This document shows positions 36,689 to 49,956 of a stretch of 64,000 nucleotides of DNA, in pieces. This DNA comes from Squalus acanthias (lineage: Eukaryota). A program made the position numbers and the translations under genes. Under the pieces are notes generated by a model that had not been told where the DNA came from, ran no database searches, and was given only the letters and a program-made list of their open reading frames with translations. The number at the start of each line of letters is the position of its first letter. The stretch's first letter is position 1. The stretch is from assembly GCA_030390025.1 (NCBI GenBank), contig CM059432.1:84880001-84944000 (forward strand), given 5' to 3'.

Positions 36689-38054
36689 AGAGATCACGAG
36701 GTGAGCTCGGGGCCAGAGATCGCGAGGGGAGCTCGGGGCCAGAGATCGCTAGGGGAGCTTGGGGCCGGAGATCGCGAGGGGAGCTCGAGGCCAGAGCTCG
36801 CGAGGGGAGCTCGGGGCCGGAGATCGCGAGGGGAGCTCGGGGCCAGAGATCGCGAGGGGAGCTCGGGGCCAGAGATCGCTAGGGGAGCTCGGGGCCAAAG
36901 GTCGCGAGGGGAGCTCGGGGCCAGGGATCGCGAGGGGAGCTCGGGGCCAGAGATCGCGAGGGGAGCTCGGGGCCGGAGATCGCGAGGGGAGCTCGGGGCC
37001 AAAGATCGCGAGGGGAGCTCGGGGCCAGAGATCGCGAGGGGAGCTCGGGGCCAGAGATCGCTAGGGGAGCTCGGGGCCAAAGGTCGCGAGGGGAGCTCGG
37101 GGCCAGGGATCGCGAGGGGAGCTCGGGGCCAGAGATCGCGAGGGGAGCTCGGGGCCAGGGATCGCGAGGGGAGCTCGGGGCCAAAGATCGCGAGGGGAGC
37201 TCGGGGCCAGAGATCGCGAGGGGAGCTCGGGGCCAAAGGTCGCGAGGGGAGCTCGGGGCCAGGGATCGCGAGGGGAGCTCGGGGCCAGAGATCGGGAGGG
37301 GAGCTCGGGGCCGGAGATCGCGAGGGGAGCTCGGGGCCAAAGATCGCGAGGGGAGCTCGGGGCCAGAGATCGCGAGGGGAGCTCGGGGCCAGAGATCGCT
37401 AGGGGAGCTCGGGGCCAAAGGTCGCGAGGGGAGCTCGGGGCCAGGGATCGCGAGGGGAGCTCGGGGCCAGAGATCGCGAGGGGAGCTCGGGGCCAGGGAT
37501 CGCGAGGGGAGCTCGGGGCCAAAGATCGCGAGGGGAGCTCGGGGCCAGAGATCGCGAGGGGAGCTCGGGGCCAGGGATCGCGAGGGGAGCTCGGGGCCAG
37601 AGGTCGCGAGGGGAGCTCGGGGCCGGAGATCGCGAGGTGAGCTCGGGGCCGGAGATCGCGAGGGGAGCTCGGGGCCAGAGGTCGCGAGGGGAGCTCAGGG
37701 TCAGGGATCGCGAGGGGAGCTCGGGGCCAGGGATCGCGAGGGGAGCTCGGGGCCAGAGCTCGCGAGGGGAGCTCGGGGCCAGGGATCGCGAGGGGAGCTC
37801 GGGGCCGGGGATCGCGAGCGGAGCTCGGGGCCAGGGATCGCGAGCGGAGCTCGGGGCCAGGGATCGCGAGGGGAGCTCGGGGCCTGGGATCGCGAGGGGA
37901 GCTCGTGGCCTGGGATCGCGAGGGGAGCTCGGGGCCAGAGATCGCTAGGGGAGCTCGGGGCCAGTGATCGCGAGGGGAGCTCGGGGTCAGGGATCGCTAG
38001 GGGAGCTCGGGGCCAGAGATCGCTAGGGGAGCTCAGGGTCAGGGATCGCGAGGC
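36689..38054 (+). repeat. 26-bp GC-rich minisatellite (ggggagctcggggccagagatcgcga)n, about 52 copies
   Basis: Direct tandem units with point variants. Confidence 0.97.
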
Positions 38055-38440
38055 TCACAGGCACAAATACAAAAAACTGATGGGTTCCACTAACCTCTCC
38101 CCGGTTAACCTTCACCAGAATATTGGTGCTATTTTGATCTTGTGAAAGACAACATCATTCATGTCCGAGGCCGGGTCCCAGGAGCGAGGATGAGGCCCAG
38201 GAGCGAGGTCGAGGCTCAGGAACAGGGGCGTGAGGAGCAGCGAGGTCGGGGCCCAGGAGTGAGGACAAGCCCAGCAGCATGGTCGAAGCCCAGGAGTGGC
38301 GCAGCGTGGACCAGCAGCAGCGGGGTCGCAGCCCAGGGAAGGTGCAGCACCGGCCAACAGCGAGGTCGGGAGGACCTCACTGCATCCTTTGAAACCCAGG
38401 CAGAGAGGACCTGCGGGAAGGAGGGAGGAGGACAGTAGGA

Positions 38441-41400
38441 GTATGTTTGTGTGTGTGTGCTAGGCCGATGTAGCAGAGCCTGGTCTCCAATCATCTTGGA
38501 TCCCTTGCCATTGGACCAAGACCTTGCTCTGTCAAGCCCGTGTGGTAGCTGGTGTGCAACGGCCAACCCACGTTAAAAGAATTCACGCACAGGCATCTTC
38601 CACCCTTTAAAATGAAGTTCGGAACCTGGAACGTCAGGACCCTCATGGACAACCCCAACAGTGACAGACCAGAACGCAGTACTGCTATCATTGCCCGGGA
38701 GCTCAGACATTTTGACATTGACATCGCCGCCCTAAGCAAGGGCAGGGGAAGGCCAGCTCAAGGAGCAAGGCGGTGGTTACACCTTCTTCTGGAAAGGCAA
38801 ACCTGAAGAAGAACGCCGCCTCCATGGGGTAGGCTTCGCCATAAAAAATGAGCTAGTTGGGCGTCTCAGAGATTCCCCTAGCGGTATAAACGAGCGCCTC
38901 ATGACTCTTCGGCTCACCCTAGCCCGGAACCAGTGCGCTACGATCATCAGTGCGTACGTGCCAACACTGGAAGCCACAGACGAGACCAAAGAGGAATTCT
39001 ACTCCAGCCTCGAACAATCCCTGTCCTGAGTCCCAACGGGCGACAAGCTGATCCTCCTTGGCGACTTTAACGCCAGAGTTGGAAAGGACACAGACCTCTG
39101 GGGAGGTGTGATCGGCAGAGAGGGGGTAGGGAAAGCCAACTCCAACGGTACCCTCCTCCTGTCGAAATGCTTAGAACATGGCCTTGTCATAACCAACACC
39201 TTGTTCCATCAGAGAGACAAGTACAAGGCTTCATGGCAGCACCCTCGCTCCAAGCACTGGCATCTGCTGGACTACGTCATCGTCTGAGCGAGGGACCGCA
39301 AGGACGTCCGCATCATCCACGCCATGACAGGAGCTGACGACTGCTAGACAGACCACCACCTAATCCGCTCTGTCATCTCCATCAACGTAGCCCCAAAACA
39401 GTGGCGGCAACAGAAACAATGCCGCAGGAAAATCAACGCTGGAGCACTCAAAGACCCCGCTAAGAAAGCCTTATTCAGCCTGCGCCTCACAACCAGCCTG
39501 ACGACTCCCAGTGATTCAGAGACACAGAGTGTCCACAGCGCCTGGTCTGCACTCAAGGCCTCCATAATCAGCACCTGTGAAGAGACACTCGGTCACTCGA
39601 CCAGGAAACACCAAGACTGGTTCGATGAGAACGACCAGGAGATCCAGGAGCTAATAAGCCATAAGCGCAAGGCATTCCTGATCTGGAAACAGCAACAGAA
39701 CTCGAGAGCAAGAAAGCAGCTCTACAGACGCCTGAAGGCTGAGGTCCAACAAAAAACTCGCGACCTAAAGAACAGATGGTGGGTGGAGAAAGCGCAGGAG
39801 ATCCAGCAGCTAGCTGACAACCACGACGTGCGTGGATTCTTTAGCGCAGTCAAGACAACCTACGGCCCAAGCACCCAAGGTCCTACCCCACTGCGGGCCA
39901 AGAATGAAGAGGTGCTCATCAAGGACAGAGAGGCAGTCAGTGCCCTCTGGAAGGAGCACTTCGAAGATCTCCTTAACCGAGACTCTGTCTTCGACGCAAG
40001 TGTCCTCAACTCCATCCTGCAGCATGCTACCCGCCACCAACTCAGCACAACCCCAGCCCGGCATGAGGTTGAAAAGGCCATCTGACAACTGAAGAACAAC
40101 AAGGCCTCAGGAGCAGAAGGAATCCCTGCCGAGGCACTAAAGCATGGTGGTGAAGCACTATTGGCGCAAATACATGAACTCATTTCTCTTATTTGGAAGG
40201 AGGAGAGCATGCCAGGGGATCTCAGAAATGCCGTAATCGTGACCATCTTCAAGAAAGATGACAAGTTCAATTGCGGTAATTACAGAGGAATTTCCCTGCT
40301 GTCTGCCACAGGGAAAGTCATCGCAAGAATCTTCCTCAATCGCCTTCTCCCAGTGGCTGAAGAGGTCCTCCCAGAGTCGTAATGCGGATTCCGCCCACTA
40401 AGGGGCACAATGGACATGATCTTCACCGCGCGTCAACTACAAGAGAAATGCAGGGAACAGCATCAACCGCTGTACATGGTCTTCTTTGACCTCACAAAGG
40501 CCTTCGACACTGTCAACCGTGAGGCATTATGGAGTGTCCTCCTCAGATTTGGCCACCCTCAAAAGTTTGTCACCATCCTCCGCCTGCTTCACGACGACAT
40601 GCAAGCCGTGATCCTGACCAATGGATTCACCACAGATCCAATTCACATACGGACTGGGGTCAAGCAAGGCTGTGTCATCGCACCAATGCTCTTCTCGATC
40701 TTCCTTGCTGCAATACTCCATCTCACCCTCAGTAAGCTCCCCGCTGGAGTGGAGCTAATCTAAAGAACAAACGGGAAACTGTTCAACCTCCGTCGCCTCC
40801 AGTCCAGATCCAATGTCGTCCCATCCTCTGTCATCGAATTACAGTATGCAGACGACACTTGCATCTGCGCACACTCGGAGGTCGAACTCCAAACCATCAT
40901 CAACACCTTCACCGAAGTGTATGAGAGCATGGGCCTTACACTAAACATCCGTAAGACAAAGGTCCTCTACCAACCTGCCCCCGCCACACAGTACTGCCCC
41001 CCATTATCAAAATCCACGACGAGGCCTTGGACAACGTGGACCACTTTCCATACCTCGGGAGCCTACTGTCAACAAGGGCAGACGTCGATGACAAAGTCCA
41101 ACACCGCCTTCAGTGTGCCAGTGCAGCCTTTGGTCACCTGAGGAAGAGAGTGTTTGAAGACCAGGACCTCAAACCCGGTACTAAGCTCATGGTCTACAGA
41201 GCAGCAGTGATACCCGCCCTCCTGTATGCTTCAGAGACATGGACCATGTACAGAAGGCACCTCAAAGCACTGGAGAGGTACCACCTCCGCAAGATCCTGC
41301 AAATCCATTGGCAAGATAGGTGCACCAACGTCAGTGTTCTCGCTCAGGCCAACATCCCCAGCATCGAAGCTCTGACCACACTCGATCAGCTCCGACGGAT

Positions 41401-41835
41401 GGGCCACATCGTCCGCATGCCCGACACGAGACTCCCAAAACAAGCGCTTTACTCGGAGCTCCGACACGGCAAGAGAGCCCCAGGTGGGCAGAGCAAATGC
41501 TTCAAGGTCACCCTCAAAGCCTCCTTGAAAAAATGTAACATCCCCACCGACACCTGGGAATCCCTGGCCCAAGACCGCACAAAGTAGAGGAGAAGCATCC
41601 GGGAAGGCGCCGAACACCTTGAGTCTCTTTGCTGGGAGCAAGCGGAAGCCAAGTGCAAACAGCGGAAGGAGCTCACATCAACCCAAGCACCCCACCCACC
41701 CGCCCCTTCAACCACCGTCTGCCCCACCTGTGACAGAGACTGTAGGTCCCGCATTGGACTCATCAGTCACCTGAGAACTCATTTTTAGTGTGGAAGCAAG
41801 TCATCCTCGGTTCCGAGGGACTGCCTAAGAGAGAG
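38441..41835 (+). mobile_element. Full-length RTE-clade LINE, with ORF 38612-41788 disrupted
   Basis: MKFGTWNVRTL endonuclease start, FFDLTKAFD, GVKQGC, QYADD, C-terminal CPTC..SHLRTH zinc finger, (AG)n tail. Multiple stops. Confidence 0.95.
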
Positions 41836-44701
41836 AATTGAGCAATTCGCATATGAAAATTGGCAACCCGAGGGGGTTGCACGCAGGCAGCCTAACGCAC
41901 TGGAGTCAAATGCAGAAATCTGTAGGTTGGAGCCGGCTTCCTGATTTTGCCGGTTTTAACACCCTGCCCGCACCCAAACCCACCCAAGGTTTAATGAAGG
42001 GTTTTATTTTAGAAATTACAAAGAGTCTGGTAGGGTGAAGAGGGAAAGACTACTCTCTTTAGTTTCAGTATTAGTGACAAGAGGTCATCAATTTATAATA
42101 TTCATGGAAGGAGGTTAGGAGAAATGTCTCTAGCCGAAGAGTTAGAGCTTGGAATGCTTTGCCACAAGGAATAGTTGAGGCAGAGACCATTACTCATTTT
42201 AAAAGAAAAGTGGATCAATATTTGAAGCAGAAGAAAATACTAAATTTACTAGCATGTTACCAGATATGAAGGCTCATAGAGAAACTTGAAAAGTCAGGAC
42301 TTTTATCATTAGAGCTGTGAAAGTAAAGGGGGACCTGATAGAGGCCTTCAAGATTACGAAGGATTATGATAAATTGAGCAGCAATAGATTGTTTTCACTG
42401 GTAGAAAAAATAGTCACAAATTTAAGTTAATCTCAAAAAGAAATAAAGGAGGAATTAGAAAAAATCTTTACACAGAGAATGGTTAGAATGTGGAATTCTC
42501 AGATACAGATCATTGGTGAAGCAGAATTCATGAATTCATTAAAAAAGCCATTAGTTGCTTGAAAAGGAGAAATAGTAAAGTATATCGGAAGTGAGCAGTA
42601 GAGTGGGAAATAGACTAGATGGCTCGTAGAGAAAACCAGCAGGACTGACTTCACGGACCAAGTGGCCTGTTTCTGTACTGTAACATTCTATAGGACTGAT
42701 TTTAACTCCCGGTGGAATGCTGGCGGTATCATGGCAGTCTTCATCAGAGGCCCAGCAGATTCTAACTGCTGGGCCTCATTTGAATGTCACCAGTCAGCTG
42801 CTCACCCATTTCAGGCAGAAGGCGGCAATTGTCCAGGCGGGATAGGATTGGCCGCCTGCCGGCAGCAAGGTAAGTCTGGGAGGGGAGATATTGTGAGGGT
42901 CTCACAGCTGGGGAGGGTGGGAATCAAAGAGCAGCAGAGGTCCGGACTTTCCTTGTGGGGTCTGGAGGAGTACTCCTGCTAGGTATTCTGCGGCGACTGT
43001 CTCACATCCTGACTCCCCAAAGCCTTTCCACCATCTACAAGGCATAACTCAGGAGTGTGATGGAATACTCTCCACTTGCCTGGATGAGTGCAGCTCCAAC
43101 ACTCAAGAAGCTCGACACCATACAGGACAAAGCAGCCCGCTTGATTGGCACCCCATCCACCACCTTAAACATTCACTCCCTCCACCACCAACACACCGTG
43201 GCTGCAGTGTGTACCTTCTACAAGATGCACTGCAGCAACTCGCCAAGGCTTCTTCGGCAGCACCTCCCAAACCCGGGACCTCTTCCACCTAGAAGGACAA
43301 GGGCAGCAGGCGCATGGGAACACCACCACATCCAAGTTCCCCTCCAAGTCACACACCATCCTGGCTTAGAAGTATATCGCCGATCCTTCATCGTCGCTGG
43401 GTCAAAATTTGTGACTATATTTCCTAGCATGGTTCAAGGCCAGAGATAATTGCACCGGGTGCACAATGATAATTCAGTCTCCATTTTAAAGTCATGCATT
43501 CTGTCTTTATTTTTAAATAATACTTTGATTTTATATTATTATTTATAGTTAAATGGCAAGTTGGGAAGGAGAGTAGCAGAGGTGGTTGGTGCATAGGAAT
43601 TTCTCTGCAGTACAGGTTGAGAAGCTAGGAGGTTGAGATGCTACATCACCACCACTGGTGGGAGGGTGTCATTACAGCATGACAAATTTACATAGGAAGG
43701 TTCCATTGTAAATATGGCCATAGGAATGTATAATTTTAAAAATTGACACAGGAACTGGATGTAGAAGTCAGATTTTTTAATATACTATAGTTAGATATGC
43801 AGGAATAGTGCATTGCATGAAGCAAGCTTTAGCATCACATGAATTAACTTGTAGCAGACTGTGTGTGTAAATTAAGTTCTGCAGTCATATTAAAGGTCAA
43901 ATGGAAGATGTGCTGGTGGAGCAGGTAGCCTGTGGAATGTGTTCTCATACCATTTTCAAGCTCCCACATTCTCAAAGCCTGCTGGCAGGAATGATTCCAC
44001 TGCACAGAAAATCCACTGTAACTAACGGAAATAACTTACCGATTTGTCTTTTCTTCTTGTCAGGAAATATCTGATCTTAATTCAGTATCTTGACTGACAG
44101 CTCAGCCAGGATCAGAAACTCAGTGTGTGGACTGATAAGTATTACTATAACAATTTGCTTGCATTACTAGGTCACTCAATTTCACTTAATTTTTTTGTGC
44201 TTTTACGCTTATTAAGGTTAGTGCAAGGGAGTGGAGGACTTTCAATATTGTCAGCAACCAGAACTTCCAGGTCAGGTCCAGCATGGAGTGGACACAGAGT
44301 AAAAGCCCTTTCACTATGCCCCAGAAACGTATCTCAACCCCAACCTCAGAAGAGCGCTCCCTTTTGCACCACGATGACATTTTTTCAATTCCTACCACGG
44401 TCATCTTGTGGTCTCTAAGTGAGATTACCAACTTTATGCCAAATTAAGGATAGTTTTGTGGTTTATTCCCATGGGAACTAGATTAAGATTACCCAAAGTC
44501 ATTTTACCTAGGACCCTTACAGCAAGTAGACAGGGGACACTTTTGTTCAATTGGCCTGGGCTAGATTCAAATCTATTTCCCCAAAGGTGAACATTTTTTT
44601 TAAACAAGTATGATCGAGATAATTGCAGAGTCTCAAGCAGAGAAATGCTTTTTCTTTTGTTATAGATTTAAGTTTATGCCTAAAAAAGAGTAAGACAAAT
44701 A

Positions 44702-45595
44702 GGGGGAAAAATTCAGTTGGTTGCGCCTCCCGTTAGCACCTTAAGAGGGCGCTAATGGGGCGCAAAGCACCTAGCGCCCAGGCGCGGCGAAGTTTGCGCC
44801 GCTCGCGAAATTAACTAGACATTTTGCGGCGGCGCTAAACACTACCGCCACGATCTCCTGCGCCGGCAGATTGTGACGTCAGTCGAGTGCGCAACGCCAC
44901 GGTATCGCCCCGGAGCGGATATTGAGTGGCGCCCCCTGCCTTACCGCCTGACGCTAGCAACGACAGGTTGAGGGGAGCGTTCTCCAGTCATGAAGGGAAA
45001 GGGGGAGCGCTATTTAAAGGTGACCGCTTCCTGCCTTTTATTGTTGGTGCCATTTTTGAACCACGCATTCTGAGAGAGAGAGAGAGAGACTTCTGGAGAG
45101 ATTCAACGTTGTGTGAAGGAGTTTTGGGTACTGAGCAGCACTTTGCAGGTTTCATTTTGATTTGCCATTCCTTGTATCGATTTAGAAGAGACTGTGGGGG
45201 CTGCACTCTGAACTATTTGCCTGGTACTCTCCATTGTTCTTTCCAGCAGATTTGATGTGCAGGTCTCTCCAGGCCGAGATTCAAGGCTGCAATGAGCAGG
45301 ATGTGGATGGAAAGCAAGATTAACCATCCCCTTTAAGAACTGGCCCGTGCCATTGTGTGTGTGTTCCATTGCTGACTGACATCACATGAGCTTCGCCAGC
45401 GCTCTGAGGTAGCGCCTCGCTCCTCGGCCTTTGCGCCTTAAGACAGGTGTGAAGCACCTGATTTAGTGCTCCAATCACCTCCAGGGGCGATAAAAGTCAA
45501 GTTTGCAGTCGGTGGCGATAATTAGCGCCAGGTGCTAATCTTTGCGCCCGGCCGATAATTGCACCCCAAATGGGACGATACTGAATTTCTCCCCC
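44702..45595. mobile_element. Harbinger-type MITE related to 2798-3540
   Basis: TIRs GGGGGAAAAATTCAGT / ACTGAATTTCTCCCCC, TSD ATA. Its terminal sequence matches the reverse complement of the 2798-3540 end. Confidence 0.88.
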
Positions 45596-45626
45596 ATATA
45601 GTACAAATAAGAACTCAAATACATAC

Positions 45627-45734
45627 CAATATGGACAGTCCTTCATCATTATCTCTGGAACATGCTAACATCAATGGTGTGTTTCGAAGATCACCTTCCA
45701 GGTTCAGCTCTGTAGTTTTGTGTGAGGCTAGTAC
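45627..45734 (-). CDS. TRPA1: TRPA1 exon 4 (VLASHKTTELNLEGDLRNTPLMLACSRDNDEGLSIL)
   Basis: cctctag acceptor, GTATGT donor, 108 nt, in frame. Confidence 0.95.
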
Positions 45735-45788
45735 CTAGAGGAATTGATAATAGTAAAGGAAATTAAAATTTTATATACCAAAACACTT

Positions 45789-45932
45789 AGGGGTAGATCT
45801 TAACTTTGTGCGATGGTGTAAAACAGGTGATAGCGAATCGGTAGCCTGTTTAACATCTCTCTCGTAAGTAGAGATGTAAAGTGGACTGCCGACTCGCTAT
45901 CACCCATTATACACTTTCGCACAAAGTCAATA
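45789..45932. mobile_element. Short palindromic MITE (related element at ~51694-51792)
   Basis: actttgtgcga...tcgcacaaagt and ggtgatagcga...tcgctatcacc inverted arms. Confidence 0.65.
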
Positions 45933-46819
45933 TAGCGAAATAGAAATTTCCATTTGAATGGACCAAAATAACTGGAAATGCACTAACTGCAGCAATTATT
46001 TATGGTTAGGAATATCTCAGGCTTCCTATTGATTAGGACAGCAAATAGAGAGATGGACACAGGCAGAATCTAAATTGCAAGTCGTGCACAACTGGGATGC
46101 ACATAATTAGATGATGTTTCTCTATATGTCTAATTATGCTTGGGGAATGGGGATATGAAGCATTCTAACCAAACAGCCCTGTCCCAAAGGCCAGAACTGT
46201 ATGCAGAAATATCATTAAGATAAAAATAAATCAATTGTGATCAAATGATTAGCTTGTTATGTAGCCAAGTACTCCAAAAAATGGAGATCACATGGACTGG
46301 AGTTTCACTTGATTGAAATGTATATTTCCAAGATATACTTAGTCTGCATTAGGAGACTCAAGTGCTTCCATTGGAGTGGAATGCAGCAACATGCTGAGAG
46401 CAGCAGGACATTTGTAAGTTTCCTAGGTCAGAGTTTAAGGGGATAGTAATTCTGGGTTACAATGGAATGTGTCTCAATGTGTACTAATTTGAATGAGCTC
46501 CAATAGCGCTATATCCTGTGATATGGCTGATAAGATGAAACTAAGCCCAGCCTTCTGCAGTCCGGCCAACAACTTGATGGCATTCAGGGATGAAATTGTG
46601 AAATGCGTGGAAATGAGATGCATCCTCCATAATATATTGATCTGGCTTCTTTGTAACTGCTGTAACATGATCAAAGTCTAATATTTGCTGTATTGCTGAC
46701 ATGATCTCTGGCCTCATCTGAATGCAGCAAATACATAAGGATAAAGTAATTTTAATTTATTTCCTGAAATAAGATTTCTTGTGAGATTGCAAGTCTGGTC
46801 ATGTGTGCACAATAAGAGA

Positions 46820-49350
46820 AGTTGTAATCACAGACAAGGCCATCTCTGATCACTTCCTTGTATCCATCACCACTCATATCCACCTTCCAACCCCACTTCC
46901 TTCTGCATCCACCACTAGGAAAAGCTTTCCCCCAAGTCGTGGTTGTGGTTGTTGGGGGTCAATCATCTCAGCCCCAGGACATTGCTGCAGTAGTCCCTCA
47001 GGGCAGTGTCCTAGGCCCAACTATCTTCATTACTTCATCAATGACCTTCCCTCCATCATAAGGTTAGAAGTGGGGATGTTTGCTGATGACTGCACAGTGT
47101 TCAGCACCATTCACAACTCCTCAGATAATGAAGCAATTCATGCCGGAATGCAGCAAGACCTGGGTGACATTCAGGCTTGAGCTGATAAGTAGCAAGTAAC
47201 ATTCGCACCACACAAGTGCCAGGCAATGACTATCTCCAACAAGCGAGAGTCTAACTACCGCCCCATGTCATTCAATGGCATTACCATTGCCAAATTCCCC
47301 CACCATCAACATTCGGGGGTCACCATTGACCAGAAACTTAACTGGACCAGCCACATAAATAATGTGGGAACAAGAGCAGGTCAGAGGCTGGGTATTCTGC
47401 AGTGAGTGTCTCACCTCCTGACTCCCCAAAGCCTTTCTACAAGGGCATCTACAAGGCACAAGTCAGGAGTGTGATGGAATACTCTCCACTTGCCTGGATG
47501 AGTACAGCTCCAACAACACTCAAGAAGCTCGACACCATCCAGGACAAAGCAGCCCGCTTGATTGGCACCCCATCCACCACCTTAAACATTCATTCCCTCC
47601 ACCACCGGTGCACCGTGGCTGCAGTGTGTACCATCTACAAGATGCACTGCAGCAACTTGCCAAGGCTTCTTCGGCAGCACCTCTCAAACCTGTGACCTCT
47701 ACCACCTAGAAGGACAATGCCAGCAGACGCATGGGAACATCATCACCTGCAAGATCCCCTCCAAGTCACACATCATCCTGACTTGGAAGTATATCGCCGT
47801 TCCTTCATCGTCGCTAGGTCAAAATCCTGGAACTCCCTCCATAACAGCACTGTGGGAGTACTTTCACCACACGGACTGCAGCGGTTCAAGAAGGCAGCTC
47901 ACCATCACCTTCCCAAGGGCAATTAGGGATGGGCAATAAATGCTGGCCTTGCCAGCGACGCCCATATCCCATGAATGAATAAAAAAAAGTCACTTCTAAT
48001 AGTGCTTTCAAACTCCCAACAGCCTTTGGCCCGCCATTTGCCACAATACTTTTGCAACTTTTGATCTGCTTAATCACTCAATCACCTCCGTCTTTGATGC
48101 CCTTGTCCCCAAAAAAACCTTTACTCACTCCCATCCTGGTCATTCCTCCTGGTACAACCCCCAACTTCACTCCCTTAAGATCAACGGGTGCAGATATGAG
48201 CGTAAATAGTACACAACTGATTTAGTAATTTATCGCCTGATTTGGCTGGACCATATCAAGCACTATCAGGCCCTGCTCTTCTCTTCCAAAACTACTCAAT
48301 ATGCCAAGATCATCCTGGAGAGCAAAGATAACTCCTCGCAACAACTGTCTCCATAAACCCCTCTCTCCTGCCCCCTCCACCCTTATTTCCAACAAGTGCG
48401 AGGAGCTCATGGACTTCTTTGTCACTAAGGTTGAGACCATCCATTCAGCGGCCTCTGCCATCTTCCTCCCTTTGCCTTTTCCACCAAGCCAAGCTTCCCC
48501 TAAGGTTCCTTCCTGCCCTAGTCCTGAACCTACATCTTTCTCTAATTTCTCTCCTATCGACCCTCATGCCCTATCTGGGCTCATCTTGTCCATGAGACCC
48601 AACTTCTGCTCTCTTGACCCTCTTCCCACTACACTACTGACCACCCAATTGACCTTCCTAGCCCCCACACTAGCTGATATTGTAAACAGTTCCCTCTCCT
48701 CAGATACTGTCACCCTCCCTTTCTAATCTGTCGTCACCACCCCCCCTCAATAAATCCACCCTTGAGAGCTCTGTTCTTGCAAGCTACCGCCCTATCTCCA
48801 ACCTCTCTTTCCACGCCAAAGTCTTTGAATGCATTATCGCCTCTCAAATTTCTTTCCCTTCTTTCCCACAACTCCAAGTTTGAACCTCTCCAATCAGGTC
48901 TCCGCCCCTGCCACAGCACCAAAACGGCCATCATCAAAGTCACAAATGACATCTCTGTGACTGTGAGAATGGTGCACTATCCCTTCTTATCCTTCTCCAC
49001 CTCTCTGCAACCTTTGACATGATTGACCACAATATCCTCCTCCAATGCATTTCCTTCATTGTGATACTGCCCTCGCCTGGTTCCACTGTTACTTAACAAG
49101 AAGTAGCCAGAGAATCTCTTGCTTCTCTTTCCATCCCCTACACCGTTATCTCTGGAGTCCCCAAGAATCTATCCTTGGCCCCCCTCCTATTTCTCATCTA
49201 CTTATTGCCCCTTGACAACATCATCCAAAGAGATGACTTCAGGTTCCAGATGTACGCTGATGACACCACCACCTCTCACGATCCCTCAATCGCCTGTGTT
49301 GTCAGCCTGCATGTCCAATATTAAAGGTGCTATATAAATGAATGTTGTTG
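46820..49350 (+). mobile_element. Degenerate L2 LINE interrupted by a LINE fragment (46935-47988)
   Basis: ISDHFLV endonuclease end, LDPLPT, QSGLRPCHST, YADD and L2 tail. Confidence 0.8.
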
Positions 49351-49780
49351 TTGGTGATAAGTTGTATAAAACAATGGTCAGAGTACTGCGTACAGTTTTA
49401 GACTGGAGATACAGAAAAAGTAGCAGAGCAGATGGAAAAGGGATTTGATTGCATTGCATTACAGTAATGAAGATTGTCAGCCCTTTCCCCTTGGCCTTCC
49501 AGCTATCAAAATGGATAGAGGAGGAGATGGAGAATCAGTGCATGAGTCATACCAAGTGACTCTTGTGTTCATCCCAAGTGAACAGTAAAACGGTAGCACA
49601 AGCAGATGGCTGAGGACTGATCATCTGCCTATTCTCTCACCTGAGAAACTGTGTCGGGCACTGGGGGCATTACAGGATAAGGGTTGTTATTTGCCACATT
49701 GAGGAGAATGAACAGTTTAACTGACAATATGGTATTATAATTATTGTTATATAATAATAAAAAATGATTAACTCTCTCAC

Positions 49781-49956
49781 CTTCACCACTGCATTGTGAT
49801 TTAAAAACACAGCCAGATGAAGAGGCGACATCTGTGCGTTATTCAGAATATTGGGGTTCGCACCTCTGTCAAGTAGAGTTTGGACGCAATGTGTTTGATT
49901 TTTCTCTGTAGCCCAGTGCAAAGGTGTGTTTCCATTGCAATCAATCACATTTAAAA
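49781..49956 (-). CDS. TRPA1: TRPA1 exon 3 (VLNVIDCNGNTPLHWATEKN...SPLHLAVFLNHNAVVK)
   Basis: ttttccag acceptor, GTGAGA donor, 176 nt, two ankyrin motifs. Confidence 0.95.

Noticed and set aside
36694..37948. Long repetitive ORFs on both strands, and a CRISPR-like look
   Set aside because: These are translations of a 26-bp tandem repeat with no unique spacers, in a eukaryotic context.
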